Counted from the stretch's first letter, positions 9,513 through 18,106 are shown. The stretch is DNA of 64,000 nt from an uncultured Chlamydiae bacterium (GCA_963713615.1 CAVQMM010000001.1:320001-384000), one strand, 5' to 3'. Translations and numbers: made by a program. The notes: generated by a model not told the origin, from the sequence alone.

Positions 9513-11048
9513 TTATGTTTTGGCCAACGGCATCACAGATAGCAAAGCACAATGCCACCCACGAGTAGCTGTGCGAGACAGTAGGTTGAGGCCCGAGGAA
9601 ACACCACCGCTGATATATCTTAGGCTCATGATCTGCAGTCCAAACTGCAACGGCTCGAACGCCTTCTTCATGCCACTGTCAAAGCCTTTCACATCATCCT
9701 TAGCAAGAGCACCGAAGGCACCGACAAGGCTACCCAGGAAGTGTGGGATGGCCTGAACATAGAATGCACCATAGATGAGGCAGTTGCCCAACCTCATGGA
9801 TAGAACTGAGTCCAGTACTGACCCAACGAGCCCGAAAATTGGCCCGAAAAGTGGCCCTCCTGCAACCCAAAAAGAGAGTGGTAAGAACGGATTGGGTTCC
9901 TTCAGTCTTGGCCCTGCTAAGAAGGTAGCTATATTAGACGGTAACATATTGAAAAGCATTGCTGACGCTAGAGCATATGTCGAGGTCTTCACACCATTGC
10001 GCCAGCCACTTTTGAAGGCAGAAAATATTTGGAAGGCTGCAACAGCTGCTGGAAGCACCCCCAATGTCCATTGCGTCACTGAATAGCCCTTCAGGAGTAA
10101 AGAAGAGGTTCCCAACCACGATGATGCCGCTGCAGCATTGCATACGCCTTCAGCAGATTCTAACGTCGCGCCCATTACCTGATCAGCAAAAACCGTGCTA
10201 TTGCCATAGAATGCTGAAAAACTATCTTTGAGGGCATTGAGGGCGAAAATGCTGGCAATACCCGTCGAGATGGCTGTATTAATTAAGGCACTTCGCAATT
10301 CCGTTCTGATTCCACTGACCTGTACAGCTTCAGCACGCGTTCCTTGAGTAGACGCCAAAGCAGTCTGCTTGGCTTCGCAGGCCTTTACAGTGCTATCTAG
10401 ATCGTCTCTAGCCGTGAGATATTTTGCCACATTGTCATATTGTCCAGTGTAGCACTCCTTAAACTCGGTCAAGACGTGTTGGATCGTTCCATCGTCTGGA
10501 TACCAATTGATGGAATGGCATGCTAATTCAAAGTCATGGATATTGCTAGCCGTGCAACCTGTGGCGAACCACTGTTGAAGTTTGTTGACATCGATGTTTT
10601 GGCTTTTTAGAAGGTTCCTAACCTCGCCTTGTTCCGTTTTCAACGTGTTTTTGGCCTGATTCCAAAAGACATGATCATTCTTGATACGGGCCTGGCGTGC
10701 AGCATTGAGCTCGCCGCTTGCTAGTCCTGCAGAAGCCCCCGAAGATGTCTTTGGCAGCAGCCAGGGCAGGTGTAGCGAGGTAGACGCAATCGTATATGCA
10801 TTACGCGCTAAGTCTAGGCCGGCCATTACCATAAATGGAGGATAAAAAAGACCACTGACAACGCGGATGGGGGTCCAAACGCGGTGGAGGCTTCCTCCAG
10901 CGACAGTAGCCATCACCTGAGCGCCAATGAATGAAGACAATAGGCGTCCGCCAACTTCCCATGCGCAGTCCAACCCTATGGAATTGCACGGCCACGTGGG
11001 TTTTAATACGCTGGACCATGATAGGCCTGGTAAAGAAGAAGAATCCAT
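9513..11048 (-). CDS. Hypothetical protein, hydrophobic N- and C-terminal regions around a central helical domain (effector/Inc-like candidate)
   Basis: 511-aa ORF with AAGGAG upstream of the ATG. No family recognised. Confidence 0.75.
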   Translation of the reverse strand: MDSSSLPGLSWSSVLKPTWPCNSIGLDCAWEVGGRLLSSFIGAQVMATVAGGSLHRVWTPIRVVSGLFYPPFMVMAGLDLARNAYTIASTSLHLPWLLPKTSSGASAGLASGELNAARQARIKNDHVFWNQAKNTLKTEQGEVRNLLKSQNIDVNKLQQWFATGCTASNIHDFELACHSINWYPDDGTIQHVLTEFKECYTGQYDNVAKYLTARDDLDSTVKACEAKQTALASTQGTRAEAVQVSGIRTELRSALINTAISTGIASIFALNALKDSFSAFYGNSTVFADQVMGATLESAEGVCNAAAASSWLGTSSLLLKGYSVTQWTLGVLPAAVAAFQIFSAFKSGWRNGVKTSTYALASAMLFNMLPSNIATFLAGPRLKEPNPFLPLSFWVAGGPLFGPIFGLVGSVLDSVLSMRLGNCLIYGAFYVQAIPHFLGSLVGAFGALAKDDVKGFDSGMKKAFEPLQFGLQIMSLRYISGGVSSGLNLLSRTATRGWHCALLSVMPLAKT

Positions 11049-11134
11049 GTGTTATTAGCTCCTTGTCTAGGTAAAAACGGTATAATCTAACAGTACTTAT
11101 GCATACATTCAACGATATGTGTGTTTTGTTTCGC

Positions 11135-11149
11135 TTAAGCATTCATTAA
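11135..11149. promoter_or_regulatory. TTAA-N7-TTAA box upstream of 9513..11048
   Basis: TTAA GCATTCA TTAA; same spacing as the boxes at 12258, 13324 and 17971. Confidence 0.4.
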
Positions 11150-11226
11150 GATCAGATAAGTTTTCACAATCGTTGTTGGCTTGCAGTGCTCTGGAGTGTG
11201 TCGTTCTTAGATAGGATAGATTAAAG

Positions 11227-11386
11227 GGCCTTATTCACCTTTGCGGTCAGTTTTCGGTCGACTGCAAAAGGATCGTCTGTCGCGTTTTGCTCCTCGGACA
11301 TAGCTGGCGCTATGCCCTCGTCACAAACCACGACATCCGACCTTTTTCGTCCGACCGAAATTCTGACCGTAAAGGTGAACAAGGCC
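11227..11386 (+). mobile_element. Element C copy 1: 160-bp MITE with ~24-bp TIR and 8-bp TSD
   Basis: TIR GGCCTTATTCACCTTTGCGGTCAG / CTGACCGTAAAGGTGAACAAGGCC. GATTAAAG duplicated at 11219-11226 and 11387-11394. Confidence 0.92.
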
Positions 11387-11665
11387 GATTAAAGGACCTA
11401 AAGAGGTAGTTGCAGAAGTCCGATTTCCGAAGTCAATTTCCTGAAACTCGAATGCCACCGAAGAGAGATAAACGATTCCCTTCCCAGGCCCGAAGGGTCG
11501 ATATTGCAATAGGCCAGGGCATCGCCCTGGTGTATTCCAGAAAGGGATTTCGCAGTCTGAAAGACTGCCACAAGACGCTGGTTGGCATAGACCATTTATG
11601 CATGCCTTTTATCGCAGTCTTTCAGACTGCGAAATACCTTCCTGGCCTATACCAGGGCGATGCCC

Positions 11666-11974
11666 CATAGGCCTCAACCTAAGCCTAACAATCGTATCTC
11701 GGCGCGCAGCGCTTTGGAGTGCGGTCGCTTGCGACCGCTTTGGGTTCCTTGCGACGGTCGTGTGCAACGGCATTACTATAATTCCCTAAGGGTAAAATAG
11801 TTAGTACATGCAGCCTTCGACGAATCCATACAATGCCGTTTAGCATTGCCGTCCCAAGGAACGAAAAGCGGTCGCAAGCGACCGCACTCCAAAGCGCTGC
11901 GCGCCGAGATACGATTGTGAAGTCCTAAGTCATTGAGATATAAGCTCAAAAGACCTGTTAGGTTGAGGCCTATG
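11666..11974. mobile_element. Element E copy 1: MITE with 17-bp TIR (CATAGGCCTCAACCTAA) and 11-bp TSD, IS4/IS231-like ends
   Basis: GGGCGATGCCC duplicated at 11655-11665 and 11975-11985. Confidence 0.88.
11688..11918. repeat. Family F REP-doublet (REPIN-like) inside element E
   Basis: Arms CTCGGCGCGCAGCGCTTTGGAGTGCGGTCGCTTGCGACCGCTTT and its inverse. Each arm contains its own hairpin. Confidence 0.88.
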
Positions 11975-12257
11975 GGGCGATGCCCTGGCCTGTTGCAATA
12001 TCGACCCTTCGGGCCTGGGAAGTGATAAAAGCCTGTGTCCACACCAGATAGTGCCATGCTGCCTGAGCTCTCTAGAATCGCCTACTAGCCAAAAAAGATA
12101 ACCTTTTTTCCCAAGAATCGATTCTCAAGGGCTCAAATAATTTTGCAATTACCTCCTTTGGTCCTTTTTGTACATCCAAGAGCCACTACACTCCAACCCA
12201 CGACGTATCGCCGCTGTTTATAGGCTCTATAACACACCCTGAATGTGTTTTTGCTAC

Positions 12258-12283
12258 TTAACGATAACTTAACTCGTGCTTAA
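12258..12283. promoter_or_regulatory. Triple TTAA-N7-TTAA-N7-TTAA box upstream of 12392
   Basis: TTAA CGATAAC TTAA CTCGTGC TTAA, ending 109 bp before the ATG. Confidence 0.5.
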
Positions 12284-12391
12284 TCCCAGCCAAATTAGTC
12301 TGTATTAAGATAGATGGCAAGTAACACAAAATGAAAGGATTGAATGCCTTTCACGAATTCCATAGAAAGAATCTAACTTAGGAGGCCCTTA

Positions 12392-13210
12392 ATGGTCAGT
12401 TTAAACTTTAACACAGATATTTCCCCGCTAGGAACCTTCATGGTTGATAGTACTGAAAAACTGTCAAAGTCTGATGGTATCATGAAGAGCTGGGCTGGAG
12501 CCCGCGCTGCTGGTACTGCTGCTGGTGTTGCTGTCGTACTAGATTTGGTTCCACATCTTGGTGCTGCTGTTGCCAAGGCGCTAATCAAAACGGGTTGCAA
12601 GATCGTTGAGTTCGTTCCTAACCTATTCGGTAAGAACCTCGATCTTACTCCAGGACACTGCACCTTCAGTGAAGCTGGCGTTCACGTCCTCAAAGCTGCG
12701 CGTAATATCCCATGCGGTATAGCTTTGATTGGCATTGGCGTGGCGGCTCCTTCCTTAACAGCCGTTGTTAGCCGCAAATTCGGCACTTCGCATACACCAG
12801 TTCCTCCTAAGCCACAAGGGCGTATTGCCCGTGCTAAAGATGCTGTGGTTGGTGGTGCTAAGGCTTGCGGCAATGCTGTGATGCATCCGCTAGACACCGG
12901 TAGCAAGGCTATTGGCGTGGTACGTCGGAATCCAAAAGCATCTATTGCTGTCGCAACAGTGGCTTTGGGTCTCGTTGCTGGCCAATACTTTGGCTTGAAC
13001 AAAATAGCTTTTGACTATGCATCTGAAAAAGGCCAACCCTACTACGAGCAGGCAAAGGGTATTGTTAGTGAGCAGTATACCTCTCTATCTACGTTGGCTG
13101 GTAGTGCTTATACTAGCTCTAAAACATGGGCTGTTGCGACTGCTAGCACGGCTTATGAAGCTATTCGCTGCAGAATATGGGCTGATTGTCCTGCCGACGG
13201 AGCTCAGTAA
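12392..13210 (+). CDS. Hypothetical membrane protein, paralog family P member 1
   Basis: AGGAGG RBS. Highly similar to 13447..14400 (KTGCKxVEFVPNLFG, AYxAIRCRIWADC). Confidence 0.85.
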   Translation: MVSLNFNTDISPLGTFMVDSTEKLSKSDGIMKSWAGARAAGTAAGVAVVLDLVPHLGAAVAKALIKTGCKIVEFVPNLFGKNLDLTPGHCTFSEAGVHVLKAARNIPCGIALIGIGVAAPSLTAVVSRKFGTSHTPVPPKPQGRIARAKDAVVGGAKACGNAVMHPLDTGSKAIGVVRRNPKASIAVATVALGLVAGQYFGLNKIAFDYASEKGQPYYEQAKGIVSEQYTSLSTLAGSAYTSSKTWAVATASTAYEAIRCRIWADCPADGAQ

Positions 13211-13246
13211 GCTAATAGTCACCTAGCGGTGAATGTGAAAAACTCT

Positions 13247-13284
13247 GGAAAGCGGGTCCCTTCGGGGACCAGCTTTCCTTTTTT
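13247..13284 (+). terminator. Intrinsic terminator
   Basis: GGAAAGCGGGTCCC-TTCG-GGGACCAGCTTTCC followed by a T run. Confidence 0.75.
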
Positions 13285-13312
13285 GGTACGTGTGAGATGT
13301 GCAGCGTATCGG

Positions 13313-13338
13313 TTTACACTAAATTAATAGATGCTTAA
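13313..13338. promoter_or_regulatory. TT(T/A)A-N7-TTAA-N7-TTAA box upstream of 13447
   Basis: TTTA CACTAAA TTAA TAGATGC TTAA, ending 109 bp before the ATG. Confidence 0.5.
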
Positions 13339-13446
13339 TTCCAGACCAATGATGCTCTGGTACAATATTGTGCATGAAACTCGAGTGAAGGGTTTACAAG
13401 ACTCTTAGCGATTTCCATAAGATAAACATAACTTTGGGAGGCCCTC

Positions 13447-14400
13447 ATGGTCTTAAATTTTGATACACAAGTTTCCCCGATGGGAACCTACATGGTTGAC
13501 TCGACAGAGAACATGTCGAAGTCAAACAGCTTTTTGAAGAGCTGGGTTGGAGCAAAATTACCTGGCGCTGCTGCTGGTGTAGCGGTATTGCTCGACGTGG
13601 TTCCACATGCTGTTGGTGCCCTTGGCAAGCCAATTCTTAAAACGGGCTGTAAGGTTGTCGAATTCGTTCCTAACCTATTCGGAAACGGACTCGACCTTAC
13701 ACCAGAAAACTGCACCTTTGGTCAGGCTGCTGTTCATGCGGTAAAGCTTGTGCGGAACATTCCTTGCGCGATTATTCTACTCTGTGTAGGGATCATTGCT
13801 CCTTCTTACACAGCAGTCGCTAGCCGTGCTTTCGGCACCTCGCGAACACCGGTCATAGCTCCTCAGCAACCGATGAGCTTCATGGAGCGTGCAAAAGGCG
13901 CCGCGGTTGGCAGTGCTAAGGCTGTAGCGAATGCTGTTATGGACCCGGTAAAGACGGGTAGCAAAGCAGTCGCTGCTGTTAAAAACAACCCTGGAAAAGC
14001 TATTGCTGTTGCAACAGTTGTTGCAGGTTTGATTGGTGGGCATTACTTTGGGTTGGATTCCATAGCTGCGAAGTATGCTACAGATAAAGGCTCTGAGCTA
14101 TATAATGGCGCGGGCAACCTAGCCCAAGATTGGGTTGGTACGCCAGTGGCTAAGGGCAAAAATTGGGTCGTTGGTACAGTTGGCGGCGCCTACGATGCTA
14201 TCCGTTGCCGCATTTGGGCGGACTGCACACCAAAGCCAGAGACAGAGAGTCCATTTTTTGGGCCGGAGATCACTGAAGATCAGCTGAAATATCAGAATGA
14301 TCTAGCTGAGTACCAAAAGTGGCAAGCTGAGTATTCGCCTGAGATTAGGTTCTTCCAACAGCTATTTGGACTTGGCCTCAGAAGTCCAGTAAAGCCCTAA
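13447..14400 (+). CDS. Hypothetical membrane protein, paralog family P member 2
   Basis: GGGAGG RBS; tandem duplicate of 12392..13210 with a C-terminal extension. Confidence 0.85.
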   Translation: MVLNFDTQVSPMGTYMVDSTENMSKSNSFLKSWVGAKLPGAAAGVAVLLDVVPHAVGALGKPILKTGCKVVEFVPNLFGNGLDLTPENCTFGQAAVHAVKLVRNIPCAIILLCVGIIAPSYTAVASRAFGTSRTPVIAPQQPMSFMERAKGAAVGSAKAVANAVMDPVKTGSKAVAAVKNNPGKAIAVATVVAGLIGGHYFGLDSIAAKYATDKGSELYNGAGNLAQDWVGTPVAKGKNWVVGTVGGAYDAIRCRIWADCTPKPETESPFFGPEITEDQLKYQNDLAEYQKWQAEYSPEIRFFQQLFGLGLRSPVKP

Positions 14401-14450
14401 CAAGCGTAAGCTGAAAACCATTGTTACAAATGATGTTGTGAGTGGAAATC

Positions 14451-14484
14451 GGAAAGCTGGGTCCTTGAGGATCCAGCTTTCTTT
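14451..14484 (+). terminator. Probable intrinsic terminator
   Basis: GAAAGCTGGGTCC-TTGA-GGATCCAGCTTTC followed by TTT. Similar to the hairpin at 13247. Confidence 0.6.
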
Positions 14485-14512
14485 GAATCATTCAATAACC
14501 CGATAGAATGGA

Positions 14513-15172
14513 ATGACCTTGGATACAAAGATTAAACCACCGGTTCTTGCCCCGGCAGATGCCACACAAGCGATGAGCAACTGGGTGCTTAAACCCGAAG
14601 CTTGGATGGAGGTAGCGAAGAAGTCTGACAATACCGTTGCACGATTCGCTTGCAGACATGAGACGATCTTGATCCGGATAGGTGTGGCGACCATAGCCAT
14701 GGTATCCGCCTGTATGGATAGTTATTACAATGCTGTCTGGTTCAGCATTAAAGCCGTTATTATTAGTACGCGAGGAACAATTCAATTTTTGACCTTGAAT
14801 AAGTGGGGACATTTTTGTGAGGACGTTACTAGACAGCATCTAGGAATACATCTGTACAAAGCTGTAGCCTTTTTCTGTTCCATATTTTGTGCTCCTTTTG
14901 TGGGGCTTGCAGCTCCTGAGCGCCTTGTAGCCGCCTATCGAAAGCGTGAAATGATCATTACTGAAAAAGAGAAGTCGCTATGGGAAACGGCCTTAGCTAA
15001 GATTAAAGACACCGGTGAGGTAGTTCTGAATGCTGCTAAAGAGATCCCACCGATCGTACTGAAGCATCCTGTAGAAACAGCTGGCGCAGTATTCTTAACT
15101 GCTCTTGCAGCGGGTGCTGCGATTCATCTGCATAAAGTGAATAGAAGGGTAGGCGCTTTGTGGAGGGATTGA
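14513..15172 (+). CDS. Hypothetical membrane protein, distant paralog family P member 3
   Basis: SACMDSYYNAVWFSIK...HLYKAV...APFVGLAAP pattern shared with its neighbours. Confidence 0.75.
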   Translation: MTLDTKIKPPVLAPADATQAMSNWVLKPEAWMEVAKKSDNTVARFACRHETILIRIGVATIAMVSACMDSYYNAVWFSIKAVIISTRGTIQFLTLNKWGHFCEDVTRQHLGIHLYKAVAFFCSIFCAPFVGLAAPERLVAAYRKREMIITEKEKSLWETALAKIKDTGEVVLNAAKEIPPIVLKHPVETAGAVFLTALAAGAAIHLHKVNRRVGALWRD

Positions 15173-15176
15173 GGAC

Positions 15177-15702
15177 CTCACAACCATTTCTCGGCGCGTA
15201 GCGCTTTGGAGTCATAGGCATCAACTTAAGCAACTAACTTCGTAAATAGGCGCGCAGCGCTTTGGAGTGCGCGTCGCTCGCAACCGCTTTGGATTTGGGC
15301 GAAGTTGGCATTGCAAGAAACGTAACCCTTCTCTCTAGGGGTAACTGTGGGGGGGGGGGGGGGGGGGGGCAGCCTCCGTAGAACGGTGCGCGATTCAATA
15401 GGCTCGCCCAAATCCAAAGCGGTCGCGAGCGACACGCACTCCAAAGCGCTGCGCGCCTATTTACGAAGTTAGTTGCTTAGGTTGATGCCTATGGCTTTGG
15501 AGAGCGACCGCTTGCGACTGCTTTTCGTTTCTTGCGATGGTTGTGCTACACGGCATTGTAGGGATTCGGTTAGGTTGCATGTGCTATCTAAATAACTCTT
15601 AGCGAATTAAGTGATACCGTTTCACAAGACCGTCGTAAGAAACGAAAAGCGGTCGCAAGCGACCGCACTCCAAAGCGCTACGCGCCGAGAGACGCTTGTG
15701 AG
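15177..15702. repeat. Family F REP-doublet interrupted by element E copy 2
   Basis: Left arm CTCGGCGCGTAGCGCTTTGGAGT is split at 15212. Right arm AAAGCGGTCGCAAGCGACCGCACTCCAAAGCGCTACGCGCCGAG at ~15646-15689. Confidence 0.8.
15213..15493. mobile_element. Element E copy 2: nearly fully palindromic (~90-bp arms containing F-type REPs) with a G21 tract in the loop
   Basis: TIR CATAGGCATCAACTTAAG / CTTAGGTTGATGCCTATG. Flanking duplication GCTTTGGAG(T/A). Confidence 0.85.
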
Positions 15703-15781
15703 GGCTGTGGGCGAAATATTCCATGGGGTCCTGTTGCTTTTGGATTCGCGCTACGCGCCAATAGATTTCCTTGTTAAAAGC

Positions 15782-15814
15782 AAAAAAAAGCCCAGCTTCG
15801 GGTGAAGCCGGGCT
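15782..15814 (-). terminator. Intrinsic terminator for 15834..16886
   Basis: AAAAAAAGCCCAGCTTC-GGGT-GAAGCCGGGCT, i.e. a hairpin followed by a U tract on the minus strand. Confidence 0.7.
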
Positions 15815-15833
15815 ATCCGACATAGTAGGACTA

Positions 15834-16886
15834 CTAAGCGGCAGCAGAAGCATCATAATTCAGGTAAGCTGCCAAACCAGCAATAGCACTCAATACAACT
15901 GCAGTAATCGTTGACCTCCTACCGCCATATGGGGTCAAAGACGCAGCACCAGACAAACCAGCAACTGCTCCACATCCTATCATAGCCTGGCCCGCGGCTG
16001 ATTGGGCTTTGAACATATCCCATAATTTCGACGCTCTAGACTCTTCCACAGGCTCTCCTGTATCGTCCACCACAGGCTCTCCTGTATTGTCCACAGGCTC
16101 TCCTGTATTGTCCACAGGCTCTCCTGTATCGTCCACCACAGGCTCTCCTGTATTTACAAAGAAGCTCTTAAAGTAATCATATCCGCGGGATACGTTGGAT
16201 TCTATGTTGCCCCAAGCTGTCGTAACCAATGTGTCCTGATAGCCTAATACCTTTTGACCACCATGGAGAGCACCTAAAGCCAGAATAACAATAGCAGGAA
16301 TATGAAGGTGATACTGTTTAGCCACAGATGCACCAGTAACAACACCAGTACTGATAGCGCTACCAGCAGCAGACGTTACATCTTGCTTATGGTTCAGAAT
16401 GTATATCGCCTTGTTTTTGAGGCATTGTTGCGCTTGGATATTAGCCCAAACACCTTTAGGAGCAGGCTCGCCAGAAGCTCCAGGAGCCAACTTGAGGCCA
16501 TCCAGAATCGCCAGAGCTGAGTCGCAGCTAAAGAACGAGGTGAGGGGCATGACGGCGACCATAGTCAAGTCACCACCAGTACGTGCAGTATGCTGGAGGA
16601 TGCTGCTGAGGTTTGCTGTAGGCGCAAAGTCGATTTTTCCGAAAGAAGCGATGTAAACGACAGTTCCAGGAATAAAAATAGCAGTTTTGATAACAGCAGA
16701 AAAGGCCTGCACCAGCGTATCTAGAGCTGCGGATGCGATGGTTACTGCTGGGATAATGGTATGGGCACCAACCCATTTCACACCACCTTCATTAGCCCAC
16801 TGCTTTCCAGTCTTTACCACGTCGGCAGTGGAGGAAAAAGCAGGATCTAAGAACGAGGGGCTCTGAGGTATAGCTGTTACGGACAT
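15834..16886 (-). CDS. Hypothetical membrane protein, paralog family P member 4, with TGEPV(V)D(D/N) repeats
   Basis: AGGAG RBS. Similar to 17027..17899 (DPAFSST, AHTxxP, AALDTLV, LAPGASG). Confidence 0.85.
   Translation of the reverse strand: MSVTAIPQSPSFLDPAFSSTADVVKTGKQWANEGGVKWVGAHTIIPAVTIASAALDTLVQAFSAVIKTAIFIPGTVVYIASFGKIDFAPTANLSSILQHTARTGGDLTMVAVMPLTSFFSCDSALAILDGLKLAPGASGEPAPKGVWANIQAQQCLKNKAIYILNHKQDVTSAAGSAISTGVVTGASVAKQYHLHIPAIVILALGALHGGQKVLGYQDTLVTTAWGNIESNVSRGYDYFKSFFVNTGEPVVDDTGEPVDNTGEPVDNTGEPVVDDTGEPVEESRASKLWDMFKAQSAAGQAMIGCGAVAGLSGAASLTPYGGRRSTITAVVLSAIAGLAAYLNYDASAAA
16046..16153 (-). repeat. Intragenic 21/24-bp tandem repeat (5 units)
   Basis: CCACAGGCTCTCCTGTAT(C/T)GT units encoding TGEPVVDD/TGEPVDN. 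Confidence 0.9.
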
Positions 16887-16946
16887 GAATACTCTCCTGT
16901 CGATAATTCATTCATAATTAAATTTTTCGCTAGTTTGACTACACGA

Positions 16947-16979
16947 GGATGACATGTTCATAAAATGAACATGTCATCC
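16947..16979. other. Perfect 15-bp-arm intergenic palindrome
   Basis: GGATGACATGTTCAT-AAA-ATGAACATGTCATCC with no U tract. Confidence 0.7.
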
Positions 16980-17026
16980 AGTCCTCTTGCGTGAAGACTC
17001 ATGGCTTAAAAGTACACATACTAAGC

Positions 17027-17899
17027 CTAGGGTGAACCAGTGCTGTCAGTGCCAGTACCAGTGCCAGTACCAGTGCCAGTACCAGTGCCAGTACCAGTGC
17101 CAGTATCAGTGTCGTCAGCTCTAGGACCATCGCTACTTAAGAAAGGTATTTTAAAGTTGGAAATATAGTTTAAAACGGCGTTGTAGCTTTCCTTTGCGTA
17201 AGTTGCAACATCTTCAACTCGCGATGTTTCATAACCAAACCACTTCTGAGTGTAGTGACTAACAACTCCAACAACAGGCAGGCCTACAACAACAGCACCA
17301 GCAATGTGCAGTTTGTACTTGTTAGCTACGCTTAAAGAACTAGCCGCAACGTTACCAGCACCGTACATAGACGCTAAAGCAGCTTCTTTAGGATTCTGAA
17401 TAGCGAACTTTGCTTGGTTAGCAATGCCATCTTGAGCTTTTAGCTTATCCCAGAAGCCTTGAGGGGCTTGTTGGCCAGAAGCGCCAGGAGCCAGGTTAAG
17501 ACCATCCAAAATAGACAGAGCAAAGTCTGGGCTAAAGAAGGATGTGAGCGGCATTGCGACGACCATTGCCAGGTTACCAGCAGTACGACCAAGGTGCTGC
17601 AGGATAACTGGCAAGTTGGCACTAGCGCAGATGTCGACTTTACCGAATGTTGGGATGAGAACGACTAGGCGTGCAGCGAACACGACTGTTTTAGCAACAG
17701 TTGCCAGAGCATGTACCAAAGTATCCAATGCTGCAGTAGCTGCCGATGCTACGGGTACTAATGTGTGTGCAGCGATAAACTGTACGCCACCAGCATTATG
17801 CCATCTCTGACCGGCCTTCATTAGGGTCTCGGTTGATGAAAAAGCTGGATCGATTAAATCGCTGAATTTAGGGGTTACGGGTGCTAATAACATGAACAT
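17027..17899 (-). CDS. Hypothetical membrane protein, paralog family P member 5, with Thr-Gly tail
   Basis: GAGAGGAGG RBS; paralog of 15834..16886. Confidence 0.85.
   Translation of the reverse strand: MFMLLAPVTPKFSDLIDPAFSSTETLMKAGQRWHNAGGVQFIAAHTLVPVASAATAALDTLVHALATVAKTVVFAARLVVLIPTFGKVDICASANLPVILQHLGRTAGNLAMVVAMPLTSFFSPDFALSILDGLNLAPGASGQQAPQGFWDKLKAQDGIANQAKFAIQNPKEAALASMYGAGNVAASSLSVANKYKLHIAGAVVVGLPVVGVVSHYTQKWFGYETSRVEDVATYAKESYNAVLNYISNFKIPFLSSDGPRADDTDTGTGTGTGTGTGTGTGTGTDSTGSP
17047..17106 (-). repeat. 12-bp tandem repeat (~5 units) encoding (TG)n
   Basis: CAGTGCCAGTAC repeated. Confidence 0.9.
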
Positions 17900-17970
17900 C
17901 CTCCTCTCAGTAAGTTCAATGTTGTGATTGATACATCTCTATCTGGTTTCCTAAGTAAACACAGGTCTCG

Positions 17971-17996
17971 TTAAGACAATGTTAAGGCCAGATTAA
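17971..17996. promoter_or_regulatory. Triple TTAA-N7-TTAA-N7-TTAA box upstream of 17899
   Basis: TTAA GACAATG TTAA GGCCAGA TTAA. Confidence 0.5.
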
Positions 17997-18106
17997 GTTC
18001 ACATAAGTTATTCCGCCGGAATCACATGTCATAAAACTATACAGGACCGACGGGTTTTCCATAAAGCAAAAAGCAAATTTGATGTTACTATTTTCCAAAC
18101 CTCGCA

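Larger units (their letters stand above)
11403..12155 (-). mobile_element. Element B copy 3 (diverged), carrying nested element E and REPIN F
   Basis: GAGGTAGTTGCAGAA...TTTGCAATTACCTC. Colinear with copy 2 apart from the insertion at 11666-11974 and an inverted inner spacer. Confidence 0.85.

Noticed and set aside
15349..15369. G21 tract as a functional G-quadruplex or phase-variation switch
   Set aside because: It is intergenic between convergent genes, inside a hard-to-sequence hairpin, and could be a chemistry artefact.
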